Positions 45,515 through 54,580 of a stretch of DNA of 64,000 bases are shown here, piece after piece. The notes beneath the pieces were generated by a model. It did not search any database and was not told where the DNA came from. It worked only from the letters and a program-made list of their open reading frames with translations. Source of the DNA: Candidatus Kaiserbacteria bacterium (lineage in GTDB: Bacteria; Patescibacteriota; Minisyncoccia; Phycocordibacterales; UBA2100); contig JACPLC010000002.1 in NCBI GenBank assembly GCA_016186695.1, positions 31,335-95,334 on the forward strand, given 5' to 3'. Every line of letters begins with the position of its first letter. The first letter of the stretch is position 1. Made by a program: the position numbers and the translations under genes.

Positions 45515-46626
45515 TCCCTTATTCGAGGCAGGACATTGATGAACGTGACATAAAAGCTGTATCGCGGACGATGCGATCAGATTGGCTCACACAGGGTCCC
45601 GAGACAGAGAAGTTCGAGCGCTCTCTTGCAGGTTATTGCGGGGCGAAGTATGCAATCGCTGTGGCAAACGGAACGGCCGCGCTGCATGCAGCGTATGTTG
45701 CAGCTGGCATCAAAAAGGGCGATGAAGTGATTACGACCCCGCTGACTTTTTCTGCGACTTCGAACATGGCGCTCGCAGTAGGGGCAAAGGTAATTTTTGC
45801 AGACATCGATGAGAAAACGGGTAATCTCAATCCGGCTGAAGTGGCGCGAAAGATAACGAAACGAACGAAAGCTATCGTCGTGGTCGACTATGGAGGGAAT
45901 CCCGTAGATCTGCGTGCATTTCGCGCGCTTGCAAAAAAGCACTCACTCGTTCTTATCGAGGATGCCGCGCAGGCACTCGGCGCAACCTATCGTGGCAGGA
46001 AGATTGGCTCTGTCGCCGACATGACGACGTTCAGTTTTCATCCCGTGAAATCCATCACCACGGGCGAAGGTGGCGCAATTCTTACGGATCGAAAGGATTA
46101 TGCCGATACGCTCCGGCTTTTCCGCACGCACGGCATTCGGAAGGGAAATCCGAAACACCCCGCGTGGCATCAGGAAATGTTGCTACTCGGATTCAATTAT
46201 CGCCTTACCGATATGCAAGCGGCGCTCGGAAGTTCACAATTACGCCGGCTGAATACGTTCATCACAAAGCGTCGTGCTGCGGCATCGCGCTACTTCAAGC
46301 TTCTTAAAGGTAGTCGGCTGATTCTGCCGCCGGAGGATTCGCTTCGCTCGTCTGCTTGGCACCTTTTTCCCATACGGATTTCGAGAGGGCAGGTGAAGCG
46401 ACGCGATGAGGTGTTCGCAGGCATGCGGAGGCGCGGCATCGGCGTGCAAGTGCACCATGTGCCGGTTCACCTCCATCCATACTACCGGTCACTCGGATAC
46501 AAAAAGGGGCTGTGTCCGAAAGCGGAACAGTTTGCCGCCTCGGAGATCTCGCTCCCACTGTATCCCTCGATAACCGAGAGAGAGCAGCGATTCATCGTCA
46601 AGACGCTTTTACAATTACTCGGCTAA
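45511..46626 (+). CDS. DegT-family PLP-dependent sugar aminotransferase (PseC/LegC-like)
   Basis: ..GPETEKFERSLAGYCGAKYAIAVANGTAALHAAYVAAGIKKGDEVITTPLTFSATSN.. and ..SFHPVKSITTGEGGAILT.. (Lys-containing motif). ATGA overlap with the dehydratase. Confidence 0.8.
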   Translation: MIPYSRQDIDERDIKAVSRTMRSDWLTQGPETEKFERSLAGYCGAKYAIAVANGTAALHAAYVAAGIKKGDEVITTPLTFSATSNMALAVGAKVIFADIDEKTGNLNPAEVARKITKRTKAIVVVDYGGNPVDLRAFRALAKKHSLVLIEDAAQALGATYRGRKIGSVADMTTFSFHPVKSITTGEGGAILTDRKDYADTLRLFRTHGIRKGNPKHPAWHQEMLLLGFNYRLTDMQAALGSSQLRRLNTFITKRRAAASRYFKLLKGSRLILPPEDSLRSSAWHLFPIRISRGQVKRRDEVFAGMRRRGIGVQVHHVPVHLHPYYRSLGYKKGLCPKAEQFAASEISLPLYPSITEREQRFIVKTLLQLLG

Positions 46627-46642
46627 AGCGTACTGTGAGTCT

Positions 46643-47980
46643 ATGGGAAAAAAGTTTCAAAAAGCGTTGCGCGATGGGCGTGGCCAGCGTCTCTGGAGAA
46701 AAGCAAAGACACTGATCCCAGGGGGCAATCAGCTTCTCTCAAAACGTGCAGAAATGTTCCTTCCGGAGCATTGGCCGGCGTATTATTCGAGAGCAAAAGG
46801 CGCGTACATCTGGGATCTCGATGGACGCCGATATACCGATATGTCCATCATGGGTGTCGGCGCGAATATTCTCGGGTATGGCGATCCGGACGTTGATCGC
46901 GCAGCGATAGACGCAGTGAAGCGCAGTCCGATGAGCACCCTGAATGCTCCCGAAGAAGTTGAGCTTGCGGAAGAACTCTGCAGGATACATCCGTGGGCGG
47001 ACATGGTGCGGTATGCGCGAACCGGTGGGGAATCCATGGCTGTCGCAGTACGCATTGCGCGCGCTCACACAAGACGTGACATCATCGCATTCTGCGGATA
47101 TCACGGATGGAGCGATTGGTATCTGGCCACGAATCTCGAGCGGAAGAATGCACTGGCCGGGCACCTTCTAGCAGGGCTTGAACCAAAAGGCGTACCGCAC
47201 GGACTTACCGGCACGATACTTCCGTTCCGCTATAACAGGCTCGAAGAACTGGAACGGATAGTGAAAAAGCACCCGACACTTGCGGCTATTGTCATGGAGC
47301 CGATACGCAATGTCGAGCCGGAAAAAGGGTTTCTGCAGAAGGTGCGGAAGATCGCGGACAAGGCGGGTGCCGTTCTCATTTTTGATGAAATAACCATCGG
47401 GTGGCGTCTTGTACACGGCGGTGCTCATCTCAAATACGGGGTCAACCCTGATATCGCAGTCTTCGGCAAAGCGCTCTCGAATGGCTATCCAATGGCTGCC
47501 ATCATCGGTCGCCGAAAGATCATGCAGTCGGCGCAGGATTCTTTTATCTCGAGTACCTATTGGACCGATCGTATCGGGCCCGCAACGACTCTCGCGGCGC
47601 TCCGTAAAATGAGAAAGGTCAAACTGCCGCAACAGCTTGCGCGAGTGGGGAAAGAGGTGCGACGCATCTGGCTAAGAGCTGCGAAAAAGCATGGACTCCC
47701 GATACATATAAACGGTGTTCTTCCGCTTTCGCACTTCTCATTTGAAGGAGCTGACGCGCAGGCAGCAAAAACACTTTTTACGCAGGAGATGCTGAGGCGT
47801 GGGTTTCTTGCAACCGACTCGCTGTATGCTTCGCTCGCACATACGCCGGCAATACTCACGCAATACGCGAAAGCCGTTGATACGGTCTTTGGCGTAATTG
47901 CGGCGGCAAGAAAGAAAGGTGGAGTCAAAAAGGCACTCAAGGGCCCCGTTGCCCACACCGGTTTTCAACGTCTCAATTAG
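46643..47980 (+). CDS. Class-III aminotransferase (glutamate-1-semialdehyde 2,1-aminomutase-like)
   Basis: 445 aa; ..LIFDEITIGWRLVHGGAHLKYGVNPDIAVFGKALSNGYPMAAIIGRR.. (PLP-Lys motif of HemL-like enzymes). Confidence 0.75.
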   Translation: MGKKFQKALRDGRGQRLWRKAKTLIPGGNQLLSKRAEMFLPEHWPAYYSRAKGAYIWDLDGRRYTDMSIMGVGANILGYGDPDVDRAAIDAVKRSPMSTLNAPEEVELAEELCRIHPWADMVRYARTGGESMAVAVRIARAHTRRDIIAFCGYHGWSDWYLATNLERKNALAGHLLAGLEPKGVPHGLTGTILPFRYNRLEELERIVKKHPTLAAIVMEPIRNVEPEKGFLQKVRKIADKAGAVLIFDEITIGWRLVHGGAHLKYGVNPDIAVFGKALSNGYPMAAIIGRRKIMQSAQDSFISSTYWTDRIGPATTLAALRKMRKVKLPQQLARVGKEVRRIWLRAAKKHGLPIHINGVLPLSHFSFEGADAQAAKTLFTQEMLRRGFLATDSLYASLAHTPAILTQYAKAVDTVFGVIAAARKKGGVKKALKGPVAHTGFQRLN

Positions 47981-48132
47981 GCTTGTTTTAAGGCCTTTGC
48001 TCGGAGGTGTCACACGCTGAGGGTCGCGTCCGCATGTGCTCACGCGGCGCTCCCGCTCGGCGCCTTCGCGCCTCCGCGAAGACCCTCACGACGCAATACC
48101 TCCTCGCTGCCGGAACGAGTTTCAAACGTGTG
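47981..48132. terminator. GC-rich structured intergenic region between convergent genes (nested inverted repeats); candidate bidirectional terminator or small structured RNA
   Basis: Inverted repeats read directly: tgagggtc (48018-25) / gaccctca (48081-88); cggaggtg (48002-09) / cgcctccg (48069-76, one G-U); ggcgc (48046-50) / gcgcc (48060-64). Confidence 0.3.
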
Positions 48133-48975
48133 CTAGCGTGGAATGAGCATGACGAGTCCGCCGACAATGAGGAGGAGAAGGCCGGCTTTCAGCCAGAAAT
48201 ACCGCTCGTGGAAATAGAGTTTGCCGGAGAGAAGCGCAAAGAGAACCGCGAAACTGCGCATCGCTGCCGCGATGACTGATGGGGGCGCGAATAGGTAGGC
48301 GAACGAATTGGCAATGTGCGCCAAGCCGGAGCTGAAGCTTTGTGCAAAGAACACGCTTCGTGCAAGAAAACGTAAAGGATTCTCGCGGGCGATGAATCGG
48401 GCGGCTACGAAGAAATACACGAGAAGGATCATCATGATAATGCCCTGTTCAGCCTCCACGGAATTGAAGTGCGAGATATCGTATTTGTAGAGGGAAATGG
48501 TCACCGAAGCATTTACTGCGCCGATGAGAAGGAACGAGAGGCCGCGCACCGTGTGTCTCTCATAGAAGAGCAGTGTCGAGACGGCGGCGAGTATGAGAGC
48601 CATACCGAGTACCTGCAGAGACGAGAGCGGATAGCCGAGCATGAGGTCAATGACAAGAAGCAGGGGGATCGTCAGTGATTTTACGAATCCAAAGTCAGCT
48701 CGGGAGGCTTCGATGATGCCGCGTGTCGTTACATACGCCTGCAGTATCTCGAGGATCGCGCGGGGGATAAATGTCGGAAGTGACGCGAGCGAAAAGACAA
48801 AACTGTCCCGAGCCATACCCAGGATGACGATAAAGAGCGTTCCGAAGAAAAGGCTGACGAAGCTAAGCGTGTAGACACTTGCCACTCTGTCGTGCCCTTC
48901 CTTTTTCCCGATCGACTCCGAGATCTCGGCAAAGAAGTTGCCAACGCCTGCGAGAAGAATACCGAACATAATCAA
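48133..48975 (-). CDS. DMT-superfamily (EamA-like) membrane transporter
   Basis: 280 aa with about 10 TM helices in two similar halves (..LSFVSLFFGTLFIVILG.. / ..ALILAAVSTLLFYE..; ..GIIMMILLVYFFVAARF.. / ..LLLLIVGGLVMLIP..). Confidence 0.5.
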   Translation of the reverse strand: MIMFGILLAGVGNFFAEISESIGKKEGHDRVASVYTLSFVSLFFGTLFIVILGMARDSFVFSLASLPTFIPRAILEILQAYVTTRGIIEASRADFGFVKSLTIPLLLVIDLMLGYPLSSLQVLGMALILAAVSTLLFYERHTVRGLSFLLIGAVNASVTISLYKYDISHFNSVEAEQGIIMMILLVYFFVAARFIARENPLRFLARSVFFAQSFSSGLAHIANSFAYLFAPPSVIAAAMRSFAVLFALLSGKLYFHERYFWLKAGLLLLIVGGLVMLIPR

Positions 48976-49047
48976 GCTGAAATTCTACTACCGGGCATAG
49001 GTATTACTGTAGCAGAGTTTCTTTAGCGGGCCCCCACGATATATAGT

Positions 49048-49812
49048 GTGACGATGACCGGCGCTATCATTCAGGCCCGTATGAGCTCGACCCGACTTCC
49101 CGGCAAAGTCATGCTGCCGCTTTCGGGTGAGCCGGTCTTGTACCATGTGGTCGAGCGGACGAAGCGCTCGCGAGGCGCTGATGAGGTCATTGTTGCAACG
49201 ACGGTTGAACGTGAGGACGATACGATTGCCGAATTTTGCCAGAAACGCGGCTATGTATGCTTTCGCGGTTCGCGTGACGATGTGCTTGGCCGCTTTCTCG
49301 AGGCCGCACGAGCGTCGAAGCTCGACACGATCGTGCGGATCACGAGCGACTGCCCGTTGATCGATCCGGACATCATCGATGAGACTATTCGCGCATATGA
49401 GCGGGAGTCTTGCGACTACCTGAGCAACGTCGGTCCGGGCGAACGTACATTTCCCCGCGGCCTCGATTGCGAAGTCTTTTCATTCGAGGCACTCTCGCGC
49501 GCGAACACTGAAGCTCGCGAGGAGTACGAGCGGGAGCACGTGACACCCTTTATGCACGAGAACAAAAAAGGTTCGTTCCGGATCGGTCCTCAAATTATGG
49601 CGTCGGGACCGTACGCGCGGCCGCAGTACAGGCTTACACTTGATTATCCGGAGGATTATCAGCTTTTCCAGCACCTCTTCGAGCGTTTTTATCGCGCCGG
49701 CGAAATCATATCCGTGCCGGAGGTCATAGCGTATCTCGACGAGCACCCCGAGATTGTTTCTATCAACGCGGCATACGAGGCAGAGTATCCACGACAGGGA
49801 ATACGCAGGTAA
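49048..49812 (+). CDS. Nonulosonic-acid cytidylyltransferase (PseF/SpsF-type acylneuraminate cytidylyltransferase family)
   Basis: MTMTGAIIQARMSSTRLPGKVMLPLSGEPVLYHVVER.. (cf. aiIqARmgStRLPgKvl); ..IVRITSDCPLIDPDIID.. Confidence 0.75.
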   Translation: MTMTGAIIQARMSSTRLPGKVMLPLSGEPVLYHVVERTKRSRGADEVIVATTVEREDDTIAEFCQKRGYVCFRGSRDDVLGRFLEAARASKLDTIVRITSDCPLIDPDIIDETIRAYERESCDYLSNVGPGERTFPRGLDCEVFSFEALSRANTEAREEYEREHVTPFMHENKKGSFRIGPQIMASGPYARPQYRLTLDYPEDYQLFQHLFERFYRAGEIISVPEVIAYLDEHPEIVSINAAYEAEYPRQGIRR

Positions 49813-49815
49813 CTT

Positions 49816-50499
49816 ATGGTGCAAGCATCGATCATCATACGCGCATACAATGCCGAAGCGACGATCGCCCGCGCACTTGAGAGCGTGTTAAAACAAGACG
49901 TTTCGTATACATACGAGATCGTCGTTGTTGATGATGGATCTCAAGACCGCACTGTGTCTATTGCGAATGAGTTCCTGCGCGAGAACGTGCGCTTGATAGA
50001 GCAGGGCAATCATGGAGTCTCATCTGCCGCGAACACGGGATTCTCCGCTGCGAGAGGAAAAGCCATACTCCTTCTCGATGCCGATGATGAGTTATTGCCG
50101 TCCGTAGCTCTAGGACTTGAGGCTCTTATATCATCACCCGCGGATTATGTGTATGGTGATTACATCGAAGAGTATCGCGGAGAAACGAGCCGCGTCCATG
50201 CGTCGGATCCCTTTAAGGTGCCGGCGGGTGCCGTCATCTGGCGTCGCGAGCGCCTTGTCGATGCAGGAGGATTCAAGAGCGAAACAGTGTTCCCTGAATA
50301 CGAGGTCTTACTCAAGATGTGGGATATCTGGAAAGGAATACACGTACCGGAGCCGTTTTTCGTCTATCATCGAACGGACACCTCTATCACGGCAGATAAG
50401 GAGCGTATTGCGGAGTCTATCCGGCTCTTGAAGCAAAAATTTCCGGCGCGGAGCAAAGAGATCGACCTGATACGAAACTACGATCCGCTCGCGCTATAA
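49816..50499 (+). CDS. Glycosyltransferase family 2
   Basis: MVQASIIIRAYNAEATIARALESVLKQDVSYTYEIVVVDDGSQDRTVSIANEF..LDADDEL (GT-A DxD-type). Confidence 0.7.
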   Translation: MVQASIIIRAYNAEATIARALESVLKQDVSYTYEIVVVDDGSQDRTVSIANEFLRENVRLIEQGNHGVSSAANTGFSAARGKAILLLDADDELLPSVALGLEALISSPADYVYGDYIEEYRGETSRVHASDPFKVPAGAVIWRRERLVDAGGFKSETVFPEYEVLLKMWDIWKGIHVPEPFFVYHRTDTSITADKERIAESIRLLKQKFPARSKEIDLIRNYDPLAL

Positions 50500-50527
50500 G
50501 ACGTGATGTGTATATACTGCAAGCGCC

Positions 50528-51187
50528 ATGAAAAAGAAACGACTGGTCATCACCGTTCTCATCGATAACCCGAAGAGCTGGTTTGTGCCACACGGGCGGG
50601 AGCTTGTCCGACGGCTGCAAAAACGAGGGCATCGAGCGTATTTGGTGCATGCCATGAACGGTCTCAAAAAAGGCGACTGCGCTTTTTTTCTAAGCTGCGA
50701 GAAAATCGTTCCTGCCCGTGTGCGCTCGCGCAACGCGCACAATATCGTCATTCACGGGAGCGCGCTGCCCAAAGGCAAGGGTATGTCGCCACTCACATGG
50801 CAGGTCGTGGAAGGGAAGAAGAAGATCCCGCACACAGTATTCGAGGCGGCCGACACGATCGACAGCGGCGTCGTCTACCACAGAGGTACACTGAAACTCG
50901 AAGGGCACGAGCTTCTCGATGAAATGCACGACAAACAGGGCGCTCTCATCATCTCACTCGCCCTGCATTTCATAGACTCATATCCGCCAAAAAAAGGAAC
51001 GCCGCAGCGAGGGCATCAAACACTGTATCGCCGCCGCCGGCCCGAAGACAGCGAGCTTGATCCCTCGCGGCCACTATCAGAGCAGTTCAACCTACTGCGC
51101 GTAGTCGATAACGAGAAGTACCCAGCATTCTTCAGGCACAGGGGTCACACGTATGTCCTAAAGATATACAAGAGAACACAACTATGA
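50528..51187 (+). CDS. Formyltransferase catalytic domain protein (Fmt/ArnA-N/PurN-like), probable sugar N-formyltransferase
   Basis: ..NIVIHGSALPKGKGMSPLTWQVVEG.. (SLLPxxRG motif with catalytic His) ..FEAADTIDSGVVYH.. (Asp of the N/H/D triad). 219 aa, only the N-terminal catalytic domain. Confidence 0.7.
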   Translation: MKKKRLVITVLIDNPKSWFVPHGRELVRRLQKRGHRAYLVHAMNGLKKGDCAFFLSCEKIVPARVRSRNAHNIVIHGSALPKGKGMSPLTWQVVEGKKKIPHTVFEAADTIDSGVVYHRGTLKLEGHELLDEMHDKQGALIISLALHFIDSYPPKKGTPQRGHQTLYRRRRPEDSELDPSRPLSEQFNLLRVVDNEKYPAFFRHRGHTYVLKIYKRTQL

Positions 51188-52239
51188 AGAGAGAAATACG
51201 TATTGGGAAACGCGCGATCGGTTCGCGACACCCTGTTTTTGTCGTTGCCGAACTCTCTGGCAATCACAAGGGCGATATCAAACGGGCACTGAAGATTATC
51301 GACGTGGCAGCAGAGGCCGGAGCAGACGCGGTCAAGCTCCAAACCTATACGCCTGACACGATGACAATAAACTCCCGCGGCCCGCTCTTTGTTGTGAAGA
51401 CGAATCCGGCGTGGAAAGGGAAAACACTCTATGAGCTCTACAAGGAGGCCCATACGCCGTGGTCGTGGCACAAGAGACTCTTCGCGCATGCCAAAAAGCG
51501 CGGCCTTATCTGTTTTTCAACGCCATTTGATGAGACCGCAGTCGACTTTCTCGAGACACTGAAAGCACCCATCTACAAAGTTGCATCGTTTGAGATCGTC
51601 GATATTCCGCTTCTAAAACGCATCGGGCGGACGAAAAAACCGGTCATTCTCTCTCGCGGCATGGCGAGCAGGGAAGAAATCGCACGTGCCGTCCGTACGT
51701 TGAGAAAAAGCGGCACAAAGGACATCGTCCTCTTGCATTGTGTCAGTGCGTATCCCGCGAAGCCAAAGGACATGAATCTGAAAACCATTCCCGATCTGAA
51801 GAGGCGTTTTCACGTAGAGATCGGGCTCTCCGATCACACATTGGGAAACGATGTCGCGATCACGGCGGTTGCGCTCGGTGCCACCGTGGTAGAGAAGCAC
51901 GTGACACTGAAGCGATCCGAGGGCGGACCCGACGCCGCCTTCTCGCTCGAGCCGCGCGAGCTGAAAGCACTCGTGAAATCGATCCGCACCGCGGAAGCAG
52001 CGCTCGGCAAACCCACCTATGCGCGCAATCCCGATGAGAAACAAAATATCGTGTTCCGCCGGTCACTGTTCGTCGTTCAGGATGTGAAAAGGGGGGAGAG
52101 ATTCACCAAGAAAAACCTCCGTTCTATCCGGCCCGGATACGGTCTCGCGCCGAGATTCTATGATGTCGTTCTCGGCAAGCGAGCCACGCGCAATATTGCC
52201 CGTGGCACGCCGCTCTCGTGGACGTTGATACGGAAGTAG
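51184..52239 (+). CDS. Nonulosonic acid synthase (NeuB/PseI family) with C-terminal SAF domain
   Basis: ..RHPVFVVAELSGNHKGDIKRALKIIDVAAEAGADAVKLQTYT.. (cf. NeuB AEiG.NHnGdl..A..mI.aA..aGadavKfQ); ..GLSDHTLG... ATGA overlap with the formyltransferase. Confidence 0.85.
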   Translation: MKREIRIGKRAIGSRHPVFVVAELSGNHKGDIKRALKIIDVAAEAGADAVKLQTYTPDTMTINSRGPLFVVKTNPAWKGKTLYELYKEAHTPWSWHKRLFAHAKKRGLICFSTPFDETAVDFLETLKAPIYKVASFEIVDIPLLKRIGRTKKPVILSRGMASREEIARAVRTLRKSGTKDIVLLHCVSAYPAKPKDMNLKTIPDLKRRFHVEIGLSDHTLGNDVAITAVALGATVVEKHVTLKRSEGGPDAAFSLEPRELKALVKSIRTAEAALGKPTYARNPDEKQNIVFRRSLFVVQDVKRGERFTKKNLRSIRPGYGLAPRFYDVVLGKRATRNIARGTPLSWTLIRK

Positions 52240-52374
52240 GAGACAGCGCGTAACAACGGGGAGAGACGGGGGCACGCACAGTGAACTGAACGCGAGTTAA
52301 ACTGTGTCCGTCCCTAAATCCCCATAGTTGTGGAAGACTCGTCTTGATCAAGCTGCACCATATATAATGATTTC

Positions 52375-53586
52375 ATGCGCTCTGGACATCTCCGTCTTCT
52401 AACGCTCGCATTGGCCATCGCACTATTCGGCTCGTTGCAAGCGTCTATCGTTTTTGCGCAAGACGTGAGCACCACTACCGCGTCGAACACGGAGCTCCAA
52501 GCGATTATTCGGCAGCTGCAGGCACAAATCAGCTCACTGCAGGAACAGTTGCTCGCATTGCGCCGCGAGGTAGCCGTTGTGAAAGCCGAAGTCGCACTCA
52601 CGAAAACACTGCGAAGGGGCAACACCGGAGAGGAAGTGAAGAGGTTGCAAGAACTCTTGGCTTCAGATCCCGATGTGTATCCAGAGCAATTGATCACCGG
52701 CTATTTCGGTGCCCGTACCGAATTCGCAGTCAAAAGATTTCAAGAAAAGTATCAACAAGATATCCTGGCACCCTTCGGTCTGACCGAGGGCACTGGTATT
52801 GTGGGAGAAGTGACACGGCAGAAGCTGAATGCCGCCGCAGCGCCCGCGAGTTCATCGGAGCTGGCGATTACTGCAAGGGCGATCGCAGGAAATGAAATCT
52901 CGGCAACACCCCCAAGTGCTGCGATACCCACTTCCTCCACGACCGTAACGACCTCTGAAACGGTCGCGGTCTCTCCTGTCGCGACTCAATCACAGTCGTC
53001 CACGCCTCCACCGGGTACCGCCCTTCCACCTCCCGTGACGACGCCAGCGCCGTCTCCAGCGCCTGCACCAGCTCCGACACCAACGCCTGAACCGGTGCCA
53101 CCACCACCTCCTCCACCACCCGCCTTGCCCACCTCCTCTTGTAGCGGCGGAAGCGAACGCATACCAGGGTTACCAAATTGTCTAATGCCGGAAAATCTTC
53201 CAGGAACATCATGGAATGAGGTCGACAACGCAACAGGCGCGGTCATAAACGGCGCCATATGCAGCGCCTCGGTGTGCGGGCGAAACGGCGAATGGAGAAC
53301 GCAGCTCAATTTCCCGAGCGGTTCTACATACATTCAGACGCCGTACAATGTCGCATATTGGGGGCGATACTTCGTTAACGGCGTTTGGGAAACCGCTGCC
53401 GGAGTCATACTCCAACCCGGAGAAATTCCTCCACCACCTCCTTCTGACACATCCGATTCGGGAGCAGACACGGCAACAGGTACACAAAGTACTCGGACAT
53501 CTTCGTTCGCTTCAACGAGTCAAGTCGCGAGTGTGCTCGAAGCTATTCGGCAGCTCCTGAACCAATTGCTTCAGCTTCTCCGGTGA
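52375..53586 (+). CDS. Secreted protein: coiled coil, peptidoglycan-binding (PG_binding_1-like) domain, poly-Pro/Thr linker and a Cys-containing C-terminal domain
   Basis: Signal MRSGHLRLLTLALAIALFGSLQASIVFA; ..LRRGNTGEEVKRLQELLASDPDVYPEQLITGYFGARTEFAVKRFQEKY.. (PGBD pattern); ..PPVTTPAPSPAPAPAPTPTPEPVPPPPPPPPALP.. Confidence 0.55.
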   Translation: MRSGHLRLLTLALAIALFGSLQASIVFAQDVSTTTASNTELQAIIRQLQAQISSLQEQLLALRREVAVVKAEVALTKTLRRGNTGEEVKRLQELLASDPDVYPEQLITGYFGARTEFAVKRFQEKYQQDILAPFGLTEGTGIVGEVTRQKLNAAAAPASSSELAITARAIAGNEISATPPSAAIPTSSTTVTTSETVAVSPVATQSQSSTPPPGTALPPPVTTPAPSPAPAPAPTPTPEPVPPPPPPPPALPTSSCSGGSERIPGLPNCLMPENLPGTSWNEVDNATGAVINGAICSASVCGRNGEWRTQLNFPSGSTYIQTPYNVAYWGRYFVNGVWETAAGVILQPGEIPPPPPSDTSDSGADTATGTQSTRTSSFASTSQVASVLEAIRQLLNQLLQLLR

Positions 53587-53626
53587 TAGTTGGACTTATT
53601 AATATTCTGGGTTGAGGTTTTTCGCG

Positions 53627-54580
53627 CTACGCGGATCGGTAGGCGCCGCGCGGGGCCTTTTTGGCTCCCTTGTATCCGGTGAGTTTGGGCATATCGACAC
53701 CTCGTGCGAGTGGAAGGATCACGAACATATCCTTGAGCTCCACCGCACTCGCAGATTCGTCTTCGGTCATTAAGGTCTCGTGCAATTTCTCGCCGGCTCT
53801 CAAGCCGATCATTTTGATGCTCATGCGCTTTCCCTTCCCGTGCTTCCTGATGAATTCTTTGGCAACATCGATAACACGCTTCGACGGTTTCATCTTCAAC
53901 ACGAATATTTCTCCGCCCTGCATATGTTCGAGCGCCCTGAAAACGAGTTCGACTGCCTCAGACAGTTCCATAAAGAAACGTGTCGCCTTCGCGTCGGTCA
54001 CCGTCACCGCTTTGTCTTCCCGGATCTGTTTTTCCCAGAGTTCGATGACAGAGCCGCGCGAGCCAAGCACGTTCCCAAACCGAACTGAAGCAAAGCGCGT
54101 GCGATGCGGCCCGACTGTCGCGTTTGCGGCTGTCATGAGGCGCTCCATCATCAACTTCGAGGCGCCCAAGACCGAGCCAGGATCGGCAGCTTTGTCGGTC
54201 GAGATGGCGAGCACTTTTTCGAGATCGTTGCGGAGTGCGACTTCGATAATATTCTGCGTGCCGACAATGTTCGTTTTTACCGCCTCGAAGGGATTGTACT
54301 CGCACACCGGCACGTGCTTGAGGGCAGCGGCGTGGAAGCAAATGTCAACGCCCTGAAAGGCAAGGTCGGTGCGCTCCTTGTCGCGAATGTCGCCGATGAG
54401 GTATCGCAGTCGTTTGTCTTCGGGCAGCTCATTTTTGAGCTCATGCTGCTTGTGCTCGTCCCTGCTGTAGATGCGAATTTGTTTTGCTTTCGTTTTCAAT
54501 AATTGCCGTACGATCTCTGAGCCGATCGAGCCGGTCCCGCCTGTCACGATAACGATCTTGCCGTCCGCCGTGTGCTTCAT
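53627..54580 (-). CDS. NDP-HexNAc 4,6-dehydratase (PseB/LegB/CapD family), second copy
   Basis: ..KIVIVTGGTGSIGSEIVRQLLKTKAKQIRIYSRDEHKQ..FHAAALKHVPVCEYNPFEAVKTNIVGTQNI..ISTDKAADPGSVLGASK.. Start MKHTADGK at 54580 (the maximal ORF reaches 54697). Confidence 0.8.
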   Translation of the reverse strand: MKHTADGKIVIVTGGTGSIGSEIVRQLLKTKAKQIRIYSRDEHKQHELKNELPEDKRLRYLIGDIRDKERTDLAFQGVDICFHAAALKHVPVCEYNPFEAVKTNIVGTQNIIEVALRNDLEKVLAISTDKAADPGSVLGASKLMMERLMTAANATVGPHRTRFASVRFGNVLGSRGSVIELWEKQIREDKAVTVTDAKATRFFMELSEAVELVFRALEHMQGGEIFVLKMKPSKRVIDVAKEFIRKHGKGKRMSIKMIGLRAGEKLHETLMTEDESASAVELKDMFVILPLARGVDMPKLTGYKGAKKAPRGAYRSA

